Below are positions 15,240 to 31,427 of a stretch of 64,000 nt of DNA, one piece after another. The notes beneath the pieces were generated by a model, which was not told the DNA's origin, did not search any database, and saw only the letters and a program-made list of their open reading frames with translations. This stretch comes from the human T2T-CHM13v2.0 reference genome, Homo sapiens. The position numbers were made by a program, and so were the translations under genes. The number at the start of each line of letters is the position of its first letter. Position 1 is the stretch's first letter. Location of the stretch: the NCBI RefSeq assembly GCF_009914755.1, contig NC_060936.1, one strand, 5' to 3'.

Positions 15240-16000
15240 CGGGGCGAATTTCGGGGTGGAAAGGACTAGATAATGCTGATAAGCGTCATCATCCCATATA
15301 CACAGCACCCCAAGGACAGCACCCTATCGCCCACGCGTCCACCAGCCCCCGAAAATACTGGAGACAAAAGCTGACGTCGGCAGAGCGCTCCTAGTCCCCG
15401 TCTTCTGGTCCTCCACCCTTCCCGAAAGGCCAAGCGGCGGAGCTGGGGCGCCAACGAGAAGGGGGTGAGCGTGATTGGGCTGTCCTACATCACGTGACGG
15501 CCAGTACGCGTGGGATTTGGCTCCGAGGAGGCGGAAGTGCAGCACAGAAAGGGGGTCCGTGGGGGACAGTAGAAGCCTGGAGGAGGAGCTTGAGTCCAGC
15601 CACTGTCTGGGTACTGCCAGCCATCGGGCCCAGGTCTCTGGGGTTGTCTTACCGCAGTGAGTACCACGCGGTACTACAGAGACCGGCTGCCCGTGTGCCC
15701 GGCAGGTGGAGCCGCCCGCATCAGCGGCCTCGGGGAATGGAAGCGGAGAACGCGGGCAGGTAATACCGGGGCCAGCGCCGCCCCTCCCTTGCGCCCCTCA
15801 CTGCTGGGCAGGCTGGCTGGCGCGCGCGCGCGCACGCAGGGGTCTTTTAAAACCCGGCCGGAATACAAAGGCCGGGGCCGCGCGTGCGCACTGTGGCCTG
15901 GTAGGCCTTTCCTTCCCTGGCTGCGGCGGTGGTGGTGGAGGTCGGGGCTGCTCTGAGGGTTACCTGGTGCACCTGGACCCTTCTTTGGTTCCCCGCGATA
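15240..16000. promoter_or_regulatory. TDG: TDG CpG-island promoter and exon 1
   Basis: CRE-like TGACGTC ~15373, inverted CCAAT (ATTGG) ~15474, TCACGTGAC E-box ~15490, ETS CGGAAGTG ~15532, NRF1-like GCGCGTGCGCA ~15880. Confidence 0.9.
15737..15759 (+). CDS. TDG: TDG coding exon 1 (MEAENAG...); G/T mismatch-specific thymine DNA glycosylase
   Basis: GGAATGG Kozak; CAG|GTAATA donor; 23 nt; the 10 exons sum to 1233 nt = 410 aa + stop. Confidence 0.97.
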
Positions 16001-16026
16001 ACCAGTTGACTATAAAATATATTAGT

Positions 16027-16068
16027 AAGCATTCAGCAGTCTTTGGTTAATGTGTCTTTCTGGATGCC
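16027..16068 (+). repeat. 42-bp perfect direct repeat, copy 2
   Basis: Identical to 14322-14363. Confidence 0.95.
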
Positions 16069-17112
16069 ATTCTTGGCTAGAAGGGTTTTCCGTCACCCTC
16101 CATTACCACGCAGAGAGCTGTAAAGATGAGTGTCGAACATTTCCAGCTCCAGGAGTTTTCATTTTAAAGTTGGTTGATTTGTTGCGGCTTCCCCCCACCC
16201 CAAAGGCCTACTGAAAGCAACTTTAAGGGTCACGGGTTAGATAATTTTGTTGTGGGCATATGTATACACTCTCGAGTAGTCAATCTAAAAATGACCTTTG
16301 AGTTTTCCAGTGGCCTTGGGGACGATCTTAAGAATCCGTTTTTAAAAAGTCCTTTGGGGGAGTCGAGAAAAATTTGCAAAAGCAGGAGATTTAGGGACTT
16401 GAACTCCTGGCGGAAGACTAAATTTTTAAAAAATGGATATGGTGACAGTTTTTTAAAAGATAAAGAGTGATGATTTACATTGAAATTAAAAGGAAAAAAA
16501 CCTATGCCTAATGAAGAATTATCCTGACTCTCAGTGGCTAATGGGTGCTGAATTTAGGCAATACAAGGGACTTATATGGGCCTGTTCATGTCTGTAAAGT
16601 TGGCATGTCTGGAATCTGATTCTGACATGCCGAGAATTGGTGTTACATGAAAGGGCACACTAACCAAAATAAATTAGAGCTTAGGAAAAGAGATATATGT
16701 AGACAAAGTGTGGACTTTATCTTGACTTTGTGGATCAAGTCCTGGAATAAATTACTCCACTTCTTTCCCAGAAGAACTTTACAAATAAGAGAATTCACCA
16801 GAATTTGTGGAAATCTCTCTCTCATAACCTCACTTAAGAGCAGAATTGAAACTTGGGCCAAGAATAAATTACACATTGTAAGACTTTATTCAGGGTCTTA
16901 CAGCAAAATAGTAGGACTTCAATACACTGTTTAGCTCAAAGCTGTGATATGTCGGCCTGACTTCATCCAAAAGGCTATAGACCAGATTTTATTTTGCCTT
17001 GAAAAGCTTTCACCTTCAGGAACTGTGGAAAATTCTGTGTAATCTTCTGAAATGACTCAGACCCCAGGTAATCCTTAAGAGAGTAGTTCTCTGTCACCCT
17101 TGACTGTGCTAA

Positions 17113-17469
<357 letters not shown>

Positions 17470-17517
17470 TAATTTCAGATATTCAAAGAAGAAAATTCAA
17501 ATTCCATGAATACAGAC

Positions 17518-17820
17518 TTTTTTTTTTGTTGTTGTTTTTTTTGAGACAGAGTTTCACTCTGTTGCCCAAGATGGAATACAGTGGTGCGATCACCGTTCAC
17601 TGCAACCTCTGCTTCCCGAGTTTAAGCGATTCTCATGCCTCAGCCTCCCAAGCATCTGGGACTACAGGTACCCAACACCACGCCCAGCTAATTTTTTGTA
17701 TATTTAGCAGAGACGAGGTTTCACCATTTTGGCCAGGCGGGTCTTGAACTCCTGGCTTCAAGTGATCACTTTGGCCTCCCAAAGTGCTGGGATTACAAGC
17801 ATGAGCCAAAGCGCCCAGCC
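17518..17820 (-). mobile_element. Alu
   Basis: Antisense full Alu. Confidence 0.93.
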
Positions 17821-18529
17821 TAGACTTTATTTCAATGGCAAAATAGTTCAGGAGTCTTAGAAAGTGCTTACAGTCAATCAACCAGAGAGGAATAAAGGAG
17901 GAATTTTCTAAGGGTACTGGGGAGTTTCCCGTGACCTCAGGCGTGAAAAAGACATTTACCGAAGATGGAAAATAGGATGCCAAATCAAAAGTAACTGGAA
18001 GAGAGTAGCATGGACCACTAAGAATACCAACAGGAAAGATTAACCCTTGAATGAGAGTAGACTTTATAGAAATGTTAAGGAGACCAGGAAGGACTGTTTT
18101 GGTTAGATGCTGACAACAAGAAGAATAAAAAAGATTTGGGTTTTCTCCCCAGTCTACTGGCATGGTGGCAGCAGACAACAGAACACCTAAGTACTTTGTT
18201 CTGATTTGGATTTTACATCTCCTATGTTAGCAAAATGATTGTCTGACTGGAAATGGCAGAATGAATATCTGTAAGACTTAAAGCTCAAGACCAGTGAAGG
18301 CATTTAGGAGAAGTTTCAGGTGTTCTAACAGAATCATATGCCTTGGCCTGCGTGTGTTGTGTTTCAAGGGAGAGGCCAGATTAAAGCAGTGTTTGAGGAT
18401 TTGTAGCAAATGTAAGGGACCTGGAAATAAACACGTGGGTTCCTGTTCTTCCAGAGGTGGAGTCTGTCCTCTGTTGACATTGATCCTGAACAAAATTTTT
18501 ACTTAATCAATGGTTACTGAGCATTTTTA

Positions 18530-18706
<177 letters not shown>

Positions 18707-18789
18707 CTACACTACAGTATCAGTTCAGAAAGAAAGCAAGACCTATACTAGACAGGCAGCATCAGAAGGATGCTGGCAGGAGGTACCTA

Positions 18790-19015
18790 CAGTAGTCATT
18801 ATTATAGCAAATTTATTATATACCAGGTACTGTTTTGGATGTTTTACATTGGCCAACTAGCTTAATGCTCCTAACCAATTATTAGGTACTATTCCCATTT
18901 TACAGATGTGGAAGCATGGGCATAAAGAGATTAAGGAACTTGCCCACAGAGCTAGTAAATGGGAGAGCTGAAATTTGAATCCAGATGACCTAGCTTCAAA
19001 GTCTGCTTCTCTAGC
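18790..19015. mobile_element. MIR
   Basis: cccattttacagatgtggaagc...cttgcccacag MIR core. Confidence 0.75.
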
Positions 19016-19803
19016 TAGCAAATGTGCTTTACTGCCTCTCTTAGTGAGCAAGATGGAGATGGACTGATGGCAATCCAGTTAGGTGAAATAAAAACCTGGC
19101 TTACTACTGAAAGAATCAGGCAGACTGAAGAGAGGTCTGTACTTATATGCCATGTATCTCTATCCCTAACTTTGTTCCTTTCAGTACCTTAACGTCAGGG
19201 TGCTGATGGCATGGTGATAAAATTTGTGAGTGACCCAAGCCTGGGAGGAATTTGTGGAATTAACTGATTGATTTAATCAGAGTCCAGATAAATCCTGACT
19301 GACTGGAATGGTGAATCATCTTTTACAAAGAAGAGGCACAATCCTATACTCAGCTGCAGAAAAATCAGTGATAAAGTGTGGAATGAGGGAGAAGTGATAC
19401 AAGGACAGTGTTCGTTGATGGGAAACTCAGTGTGAATCAACAGTATAATGTGGGTGCCAGTATAGCTAGTGTCATGGGTTCTGCAGTTTGTCTCCAAAAT
19501 GAGCAAGTTGGTAGCCCTGCTCATTTTCGGGCTGATGAGGCTTTATCTGGAGTTTTGTTTGATTCCGAGCACCAAAAAATGAAGAAATTTGAAATCATAC
19601 TACATGAGGAATTATACTATTTGAGGAATACTGTATGAGGACTGGCTTATTCTAAATCTTTATATTTACAGTTTCTAGTAGACTGTACATATGGTGAATA
19701 CACAGACCTCCATCTAGCAATACCAAATGGAATAATAGTTATGGTGCTATCGCATCATAATTTACATAACCAGACCCCTTTAGTTGAGCATTTGGATTAT
19801 TTA

Positions 19804-20188
<385 letters not shown>

Positions 20189-20294
20189 AACTTAAATCCC
20201 TAAAATAGTGTAAAATAATTGAAGATAAAAGAAGTTGGAGTCATTAATTTTAGAGAAAACCTTAAAAATTTAGTTTTTTGAAATACAGCAAATC

Positions 20295-20473
20295 TAGCTA
20301 GGCATGGTGGTGTGTGCCTGTAGTCCTAGCTACTCAGGAGGCTGAGGCAGGAGGATCACTTGAGCCCAGGAGTTGGAGGCTGCAGCCAACTATGATCATG
20401 CCACTGCACTCCAGCATGGGTGACAGAGTGAGACCCCATCTCTTAAAAAAAAATAATTAAAAAAATAAAAAAA
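20295..20473 (+). mobile_element. Alu right arm
   Basis: Flanked by AGCAAATCT duplication. Confidence 0.88.
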
Positions 20474-20560
20474 TAGCAAATCTGAATTAACTGGACTTCT
20501 TAATGAACTCTATGCGTGGAGTGTGTGTATGTGTGTTTTGAGAAAGACTATCAGAAAATA

Positions 20561-20933
20561 TAGTCGACCTTCCATATCTATGGATTCTGCATCTAAGAAT
20601 TCAACCAACTGTGGATTGAAATTATTTGGGAAAAAAAAAGACAAATAACAACATTAAAAAATGATACAGATAAAAAGAATGCAGGATGACAGCTACTTAC
20701 ATAGCATTTACATTGTATTAGGTATTATAAATAATGTAAAGATTATCTAAAGTATATGGGAGGATCTGCATAGGTTATATACAAATACTATGCCATTTTA
20801 TATCAAGCGACTTGAGCATCCTTAGATATTGGTGTCTGTGAGGGGTTCTACAACCAGTCCCCCATGTATGCAAAACTAGGTACATACCACAGTCCATTTT
20901 TAGAAAGATTGATTAGTAACTAAAGGATGACTG
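20561..20933. mobile_element. MER2 (Tigger-family) DNA transposon with a ~49-bp insert near one end
   Basis: TA-flanked ends; tacatagcatttacattgtattaggtattataa core. Confidence 0.8.
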
Positions 20934-20975
20934 TACACAATTCATCAGTTCCAGGCAGCTATAAGAAAACAATCT

Positions 20976-21441
<466 letters not shown>

Positions 21442-21822
21442 TCAATCATGCTTGTAAGTTTAACATCAGGAAGTTATACAAAGTAGAAAGTCTTTGGGGT
21501 CTGTTTTGAGTCTAGACAGATCTAGTCCTATTTCCTATACATTGTCCACATATGTAGAAATCACTGAATCTAATTCCTCATTTTCATGGTGAGGGAATGG
21601 ATACCCCGAGAGGATAAATGACTAAATGCTCTTTGTTACTGTCCTTCTCATAGAGTTATTGCTCAGAAACATTGCAGAGTTCTGGATTATAAAGTAGCAA
21701 CGATCATTATGCATACACAAATGTATTTAAGAAATATCCTCACACTGAGGTTGAAACAGGTTTATGCTGCTTATACATTTAGTTGTTATTATAATAGAAG
21801 ATAAAATTATCCAGAACCCCCC

Positions 21823-22111
21823 TTTTTTTTTTAGACAGAGTCTTGCTCTGTCGCCCAGGCTGGAGTACAGTGGTACGATCTTGGCTTACTGCAGCCTCCG
21901 CCTCCCTAGTTCAAGCAATTCTCCTGCCTCAGCCTTCCCTGTATTTAGGATTACAGGCGCATGCCACGACGCCTGACTAAGTTTTGTATTTTTAGTAGAG
22001 ATGGGGTTTCACCATGTTGGCCAGGCCGGTCTCGAACTCCTAACCTCGTGATCCAACCCCCTCGGCCTCCCAAAGTGCTGGGATTACAGGCGTGAGCCAC
22101 TGTTTCCGGCC
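21823..22111 (-). mobile_element. Alu
   Basis: TSD TTATCCAGAAC. Confidence 0.95.
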
Positions 22112-22781
22112 AGTTATCCAGAACTGTTTAGTTAACTAGCATTCAAGTTTATGAAGATTTTTGTGTAGATGTAATGCTTGCTTCTGCCAAGGAATAAGAA
22201 TGTTGTAATCCACCATCTTTTATTCTGGCTTTTAGGCAGCTGTTGAGGTAAACAAATTAAGTTTAATGCTCGAAGATAGTGTATTCCTCAGAACTAACAC
22301 ATTTGATTTTCCATAGGTTTATTTTCCTTTACCTGTTCTAATTTAACTTTTTGTAAAATGCCACAGTCCATTTTTAGAAAGATTAAGGGATATATCATTA
22401 TTATAGATAAGTTTCTAGGTTTCTTTCAAACTTGATATACCTAATATAAAAGTTCAGATTATTTTTCCTCTTTATTTTTCACTTTTTATTCAGCCAACTG
22501 TGATTTCTAGAATTTTGATTTTCAGCTTCTGAACCCCAGAATTTCTGAAGATGATTAATGACCTCCGACTATACTAAAAGTTTTGAAAAATTTTTTTAAA
22601 GTAAAGAATCCTGTTGTAATGTGAACGGTGTCTCCCTAATTTATGTATTTTCAGTTTGCATTTTCATGAAGTGCTCAAAATGGGACATGTGAAATTCTGA
22701 GAGTAGTAGTAAGAAACATGGGAGAGTGGTAGGTAGATTGCCTTCCTGACCATGTGACAGAGTAAAAACACGTTTCATACA

Positions 22782-23086
<305 letters not shown>

Positions 23087-23972
23087 ACATCTCATGCATT
23101 CTTTTGCTCGCTCATTTATTGTCACCATATGCCTTTGTTTCTATATATTCAAGCTAAATCAAGGTGCTATTAGAATCTCGGGAAGCTGCCGCTGACCACA
23201 GTCAGAACTTGCAGTTTCTTTAGTTAGAATTGCCATAGGACCACTGCTCAAGACTTCCAGATCTAACCTAGCCATATCCAACTCATCATTAGAATATTTA
23301 AATCATGAATGTTGAACAACCAATATTTTAACAATTTATTGCATAGAGCTACTAATAATATTAAATAAAACTATGGAAAAAAAGGACATTTTACTTTGTG
23401 CCAGGTATGCTTCTAAGCATAGTTCTACATCTTAACTTCTAGTCCCTGTCTACATATTTTCCCTTATGTGTAGCCTTAGTTATACTATTTTGTATTCTTT
23501 TCTGTTTTAAAATATATATAAACTCTTTCCTGTTCTTTTACATAAGATAAATAAACTTAATTTTTTAGCTGCATAGTATTTTCTCATGTTAATGTATTGT
23601 AGTTTACTAAGTCATAACTTTATTTTTATTTAATTTGTGAACAATAAAAGAAATAAAACTCTTATGATACAGGTTAATCTCTTTCTCACTCATTCTTAAT
23701 CTTTGCTTTACCAACCTACCCTTAAAGATAGCTGGAAGTGGAAATGCCTCTCCAGTGGTTTGTCCATTGGGATTGGGCTTCTGTTTATCTTGAGCTGCCA
23801 ACATTTAGCCCAGCCGCTGGGGGTGGTCTGTTATCCTTTGTTTCCCCAGGCCATTTAAGCTTATCCAGGAAATGCTTTAGTTTGCCTTTTTTTTTTTCCT
23901 GTTAACCATTTTATTGAGATATGATTTACATACTACATAGTTCATCCATTTAAAGTGTACTCATTTGCCCTC

Positions 23973-24286
23973 TTTTGTTGTTGTTGTTGTTGTTGTTATT
24001 GAGGCAGAGTCTCGTTCTGTCCCCCAGGCTGGGGTGCAGCAGTGTGATCATCGCTCACTGTAACCTTGAACTCCTAGACTCAGGCAATCCTCCTGCCTCA
24101 CCCTCCTGAGCAGCTGGGGCTGTCAGCATGTACCACCATGCCCAGCTAATGTTTTAAAATTTTTTTGTGGAGGTGGCGATCTTGCTATATTGCCCCGGCC
24201 ACTCTTGAATTCCTGGCCTCAAGTGATCCTCCCGCCTTGCCCTCCCAAAGCACTAGGATTACAGACATAAGCCACCGTGCCTGGCC
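23973..24286 (-). mobile_element. Alu (AluJ-like)
   Basis: (TTG)n tail; TSD TCATTTnCCCT. Confidence 0.92.
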
Positions 24287-24395
24287 TCATTTCCCTTTTT
24301 AATCTGCTTTCTGAGCTTCCTGTTCTCTTTCAATGAATATCATAGAGAATGAAAACTGATTAGTATAGTATCTTGCAGTAGAAAACATGACTTTC

Positions 24396-24751
<356 letters not shown>

Positions 24752-25059
24752 TTATTTTCTACTGTTTTTCTTCTCCTGCCTATTTAATGGCATTATTTGG
24801 CATTTGCTGTAACTTGAGTTTCATCAAATATGTGTTTACTTCTCTGGTTTTATGCTAACAGCAACACCATGAGATAGTGGTTTAAGGCCATGAGAAGTAT
24901 TTTTTTTAATTGTTTTCTTTGAAAGCCCACATTGTTTCCTTTGAACAGAATACTTTGAACAAAATTTGAATCGTGTTCAGAAGAGAGGTTTAGAGGTTTT
25001 TTCCTTCATAAATTCAACACATGTTTACAAAATATCCATTTCATGTTCCTCTTTAGTGA

Positions 25060-25755
<696 letters not shown>

Positions 25756-25820
25756 TGGCAAAAAAAAAAGCCCTAGCCCCAACAAAACAAAAATACCACC
25801 ATCAATAAAAATCAAATATA

Positions 25821-26107
25821 GGCCTGGGTGCAGTGGCTCACATCTGTAATCCTAGCACTTGGGGAAACTGAGATGGGCAGATCTCTTGAGCTCAGAAGTT
25901 CAAGACCAGCCTGGCCAACATGGCAAAACCCTGTCTAGACAAAAATTACAAAAATTAGCCAGGCATTGGGGCTCGCTCCTGTAGTCCCAGCTACTTGGGA
26001 GGCTGAGGTGGGAGGATCACTTGAGATCTCCCACCTCAGAAGTAACAGTGAACCAAGATCACACTACTGCACTCCAACCTGGGTGACAGAGGGAGACCCT
26101 GTCTCCC

Positions 26108-26134
<27 letters not shown>
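25821..26134 (+). mobile_element. Alu with (CA)n tail
   Basis: Dimer followed by (CA)n at 26108-26134. Confidence 0.92.
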
Positions 26135-26140
<6 letters not shown>

Positions 26141-26616
26141 ATGAAAAAATAAGTAAACAGGCAAATAAAAATAAACTAAAAGAGAATCTTAATTAGATTG
26201 GAGGGGATCTTCAGGTGATTAAATACTGAAGGAAAGTAGGGGCACAAATTGTATTTGGGGACATCTTAACCCTGTATGGGTTGATAGACCTTTCAAGTCT
26301 GTCTACTAGAAAATTCCCTCAAATCTTATTTCAGAGAAAGTATGGGCTGACTTGACAGGACTGATCAGTTTTATCAGTGACACATCTTATCATTTAAACA
26401 GTGCAAGAGTTAATGGTTGGTTATTAAGCACTCAGTAAAGGTTGGTGAACATGTACATACAGGACTAGATCTCTCCTCTGTAATCCACTCTAAATAAATA
26501 CTTCAGTCTGGTTACAAAATACTTAATACTGTACTGAAGATTTTTGTACAGCTGATCATTTGGATTTACATTTGGGTAATTTTATCATTACATCTCATGC
26601 TTCATTATTCTTTCAG

Positions 26617-26759
26617 CTATTCCCTTCAGCAAGCTCAAGCTTTTTATACGTTTCCATTTCAACAACTGATGGCTGAAGCTCCTAATATGGCAGTTGTGAA
26701 TGAACAGCAAATGCCAGAAGAAGTTCCAGCCCCAGCTCCTGCTCAGGAACCAGTGCAAG
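26617..26759 (+). CDS. TDG: TDG exon 2 (SYSLQQAQAFYTFPFQQLMAEAP...EPVQ)
   Basis: ttctttcag acceptor; AAG|GTAGTT donor; 143 nt. Confidence 0.97.
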
Positions 26760-27480
26760 GTAGTTTCACCATGAGAGCTTAGAAAGTTCAACATCGGATC
26801 AGCCAGCTTATTTGAGAAAGGGTTTCATGGTGAATTTTAGCTCTATTTTAGTGTTAAAAAGTCAAATCCACTTTTTAAGTACTTAGTATGTGCTAAGCAC
26901 TGATAGGTTCTGGGGAATAAAAGAACATGGGTCCTGCCCAAAAATATCTCATAATCTAGTAGAGAAAAGTAATAAGTAAATACACGTTACAGCTCAGCAC
27001 AGTTTGTAGTGAAGAGGGGCATAGAATGAATGCCCTGAAAGCTTATGGGGTTGGCTTCTAACTCAGACTGATGGCTCAGAGGCCGCTTCCCAGAGCAGAG
27101 AAATAACACCAGGGCTCTGAAACTCCAACAATGTGGAGGCTTCATCCCGATAAAGATCAGAGTAGGGACATGTCCAGGCTGAGGGAGCTACACAGGCTGG
27201 GTACAGACACACACAAGCATGGCATGGCCAGAAACAGAGCAATTCTGTGTCCTTGGAGTCTGGGATATAACAAGGAAATGGTGAGAGATGAGGCTGGATG
27301 GGGACAGTTGAAACTTGTTTTTTAATCCCAAAGAATTTATATTCTATCATGAAGGCAATAGGGAGCTGTTGAGAGAATGTAAGCAAGGGATGACTTACTT
27401 GACTGGTGCTTTACAAATTAGCCTGGAAATATTAGAGAAGATAGATTGGTTGGTAGACAACAAGTCGGAACTTGGAGGCA

Positions 27481-27788
27481 GGCCGGGCACAGTGGCTCAT
27501 ACCTGTAATCCCTGCACTTTGGAAGGCTGAGGCGGGTAGATCACCTGAGGTCAGGAGTTCATGACCAGCCTGGCGAACATGGCAAAACCCTGCCTCACAC
27601 AAATTAGCCGGGCATGGTGGCGCACACCTGTGATTCCAGCTACTGGGGAGGCTGAGGCACGAGAATTGCTTGAATCCTGGAGGCGGAGGCTGAGAGGCTG
27701 CAGTGAGCCAAGATTGCACCACTGCACTCCAGCTGGGCAATAGTGCGAGACTCTGTCTCAAAAACAAAAACAAAAACAAAAACAAAAC
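27481..27788 (+). mobile_element. Alu inside an L2 fragment (~26870-28150)
   Basis: TSD AACTTGGAG. Confidence 0.93.
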
Positions 27789-28419
27789 TTGGAGTCAAGG
27801 AGTGGATTAGATGGATTAGAGACACTGTTTGAATAATCTAGGGGAGCACTGAGGAGGACCTGAAGGGGTGGAGAAAGAATTAGGAAACACTTAGGAGGTA
27901 GAATTACCTAGCCATGGCTAATGGGTTTCATGTGTTTGGGGGGAGCATGGCAGGATAGTGGGGGAGAAAGGGGAGTCCAGAAGTAACTACCAGGTTTCTG
28001 GCATTGGCATTTGGTTGGAGGAGGTGCCACTCACCAAGACAGAGAATTAGAAGAAAATAATAGGTTCCAGGGGTGGGAGAGTGGTTGGAGAGAAGTTAAT
28101 GATTTTCTCCAGTGTAACAGTATTTTATGAGAAATGTGCTCAGGGTTTTGGTTTATGATTGCAGGAACACATCTAATAACTCTGCCTCCGCATTAGGACT
28201 TCCCCAGCTACATGCCAGTGATGGTGGATCTGTTGGCATAGGGAGTGGCTAAGACAATGTGAGGCAGAAGAGAGGAGGGACTGACTGCCTGTATCCTGCG
28301 AGGCTTGATTGGGGAAACGCCAAAGAGGAGTAGAATAGGGTAGAAGCCTGAGTAGTTAGGAGAAATGTTAAATAATTAAGGGTAAGAAAATCAGGGCTTC
28401 CTGTTGGGTAACTATAGGT

Positions 28420-29134
<715 letters not shown>

Positions 29135-29530
29135 TAAAATGTTTCCCTTCCTTCCTGTTTCTCTATTTTTCTGTTCTTATTTAATTATTTATGTATTTAC
29201 ATTTAGAATTTATATAAAATGATATGTAGATACTTTGTATCCTTGAGGAGGTTAAGATGCCAAGTAATACTGTGTCGAAAATAATAGTCTACGATTATTC
29301 TTCCCACGAACAGCTAGCAGGGGAAGGAGAGTGGCATGGGGGGTTGCACGAACCCAGTTCTAGGGAGAAAGAAAGGGAAGATATTGCAGAGGAGACTCAT
29401 GTTGGGACTGTAAGAGCTTAATTTTGGGGAGACAGGTACAAAAGGTGCTAGTTGGGTAACTTTTCTGGGAAAGCTGCTAAAGTTTCTAAGTTAAGATTTT
29501 CTGCATTTCTGGAAATTATTTGTATTTCAG

Positions 29531-29772
29531 AGGCTCCAAAAGGAAGAAAAAGAAAACCCAGAACAACAGAACCAAAACAACCAGTGGAACCCAAAAAACC
29601 TGTTGAGTCAAAAAAATCTGGCAAGTCTGCAAAATCAAAAGAAAAACAAGAAAAAATTACAGACACATTTAAAGTAAAAAGAAAAGTAGACCGTTTTAAT
29701 GGTGTTTCAGAAGCTGAACTTCTGACCAAGACTCTCCCCGATATTTTGACCTTCAATCTGGACATTGTCATT
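29531..29772 (+). CDS. TDG: TDG exon 3 (Lys-rich N-terminus, PIP degron QEKITDTFKVKR at 29647-29682, start of catalytic domain)
   Basis: tttcag acceptor; ATT|GTAAGA donor; 242 nt. Confidence 0.98.
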
Positions 29773-30592
29773 GTAAGATCTTTGTCCTCGTTGGATTTTA
29801 TAAGTAGTATTGGGGGATCAGCTTTACTTAACAGTTGTCCTTGCAAATAGCATTTTGCTGAAAAGGACCATTTCTAAGAATCCTTTTGGTGGTAAATGGT
29901 GTCAGCTTCATGAGGTTGTGTTATATGAGAGTGTTTAAGAGGGTGGGCTCCAAATTTAGACTGTCTGGGTTCAAATCCTGTCACAAGTATAATCTTGGAT
30001 AAGTCTTATTAACCTTTCTAAACACCGGTTTTCTCATTGATAAACCAGGGGTGATAATACCACCCCCCGATAGGGTTGCAAGTAAATGAGAGAATCCATG
30101 TGAATCACTTCAACTGAATGATGCCTGTGGAGACCTGATACATGGCAGCACTAATTTTAAGCTCTTATTTTTCTCAGTAACTGTAAGAAACATCAGCATG
30201 TGAACAATTGTGTAGGTGATGTGGAGCGAGCTTCTTGTTGAAAGTTGAGAATCAGAATTGTGGCTGGACATGGGCTCAGATTGATTGTTCCAGGACCTGT
30301 CTTTCCAGACTCAAAGCAGCCCAGTTGGTGAGGGTGCGAGGCCTGGGATCATAAAGGAGTCAAGCTGGTTTTTTAAAATAACAGCAAAACTTTTAAAATA
30401 AAGAAAATCTCTTTCCCATATATGAAATACTTTGTTCAGATCAAGAGTAGTAATTGATAAATGATATTGCTTATGATGCTGAATTAAATTTGTATTTTAA
30501 TCAACTCAATTTTGTCCACCACTCCTCCATAGAAACGCTAAGGCTTAGGTCCTGCTTTTTAAGATGAAATGTCTAATTGTTTTGTTTTATAG

Positions 30593-30662
30593 ATTGGCAT
30601 AAACCCGGGACTAATGGCTGCTTACAAAGGGCATCATTACCCTGGACCTGGAAACCATTTTT
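30593..30662 (+). CDS. TDG: TDG exon 4 (IGINPG, catalytic Asn140)
   Basis: ttttatag acceptor; TTT|GTAAGT donor; 70 nt; MUG/TDG GINPG motif. Confidence 0.98.
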
Positions 30663-30925
30663 GTAAGTGGTTACCTTTTAAATTAATTTACTTTTAAATT
30701 AGGTATCTTTGTTAACAGGTTTTTTCAGAAAAACCAATTGTGTTTTTAAAAAGAAAGAGACTGTAAATACACATTCGTGTTTCATGTTCTGTGTGTGTGT
30801 CTGTACGTGAAAATAAGAGAGTTTGAAATGATATGTTACTGTTAACATTTTAGTCTATGAGAATGGAGGGATGTGAATAAGAGTACTTTCTCTTTTGTTT
30901 GAATTGTTTCTAATGAGTTGTACTA

Positions 30926-31234
<309 letters not shown>

Positions 31235-31427
31235 AAGTTGTATTACTTTTTAAAAATGATTTTTTAAAAGTTGTTATCTATAGGCATAGTAACGATAGTA
31301 TAGTACATCTTTGTGGCAGTGCAGACATAATACTAACTTTCCCAGATTTCTGGTGATTATTTTCTAGCAGAGCATAAAATAGTAGTAAAGACTCATATTT
31401 TTAGAGTAAGTTTTAAAACCAAGTGTT

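Noticed and set aside
14322-16068. 42-bp repeats as a CRISPR-like array or transposon TSD
   Set aside because: Only two copies with no regular spacers, too long for a TSD, and the enclosed DNA is the host promoter
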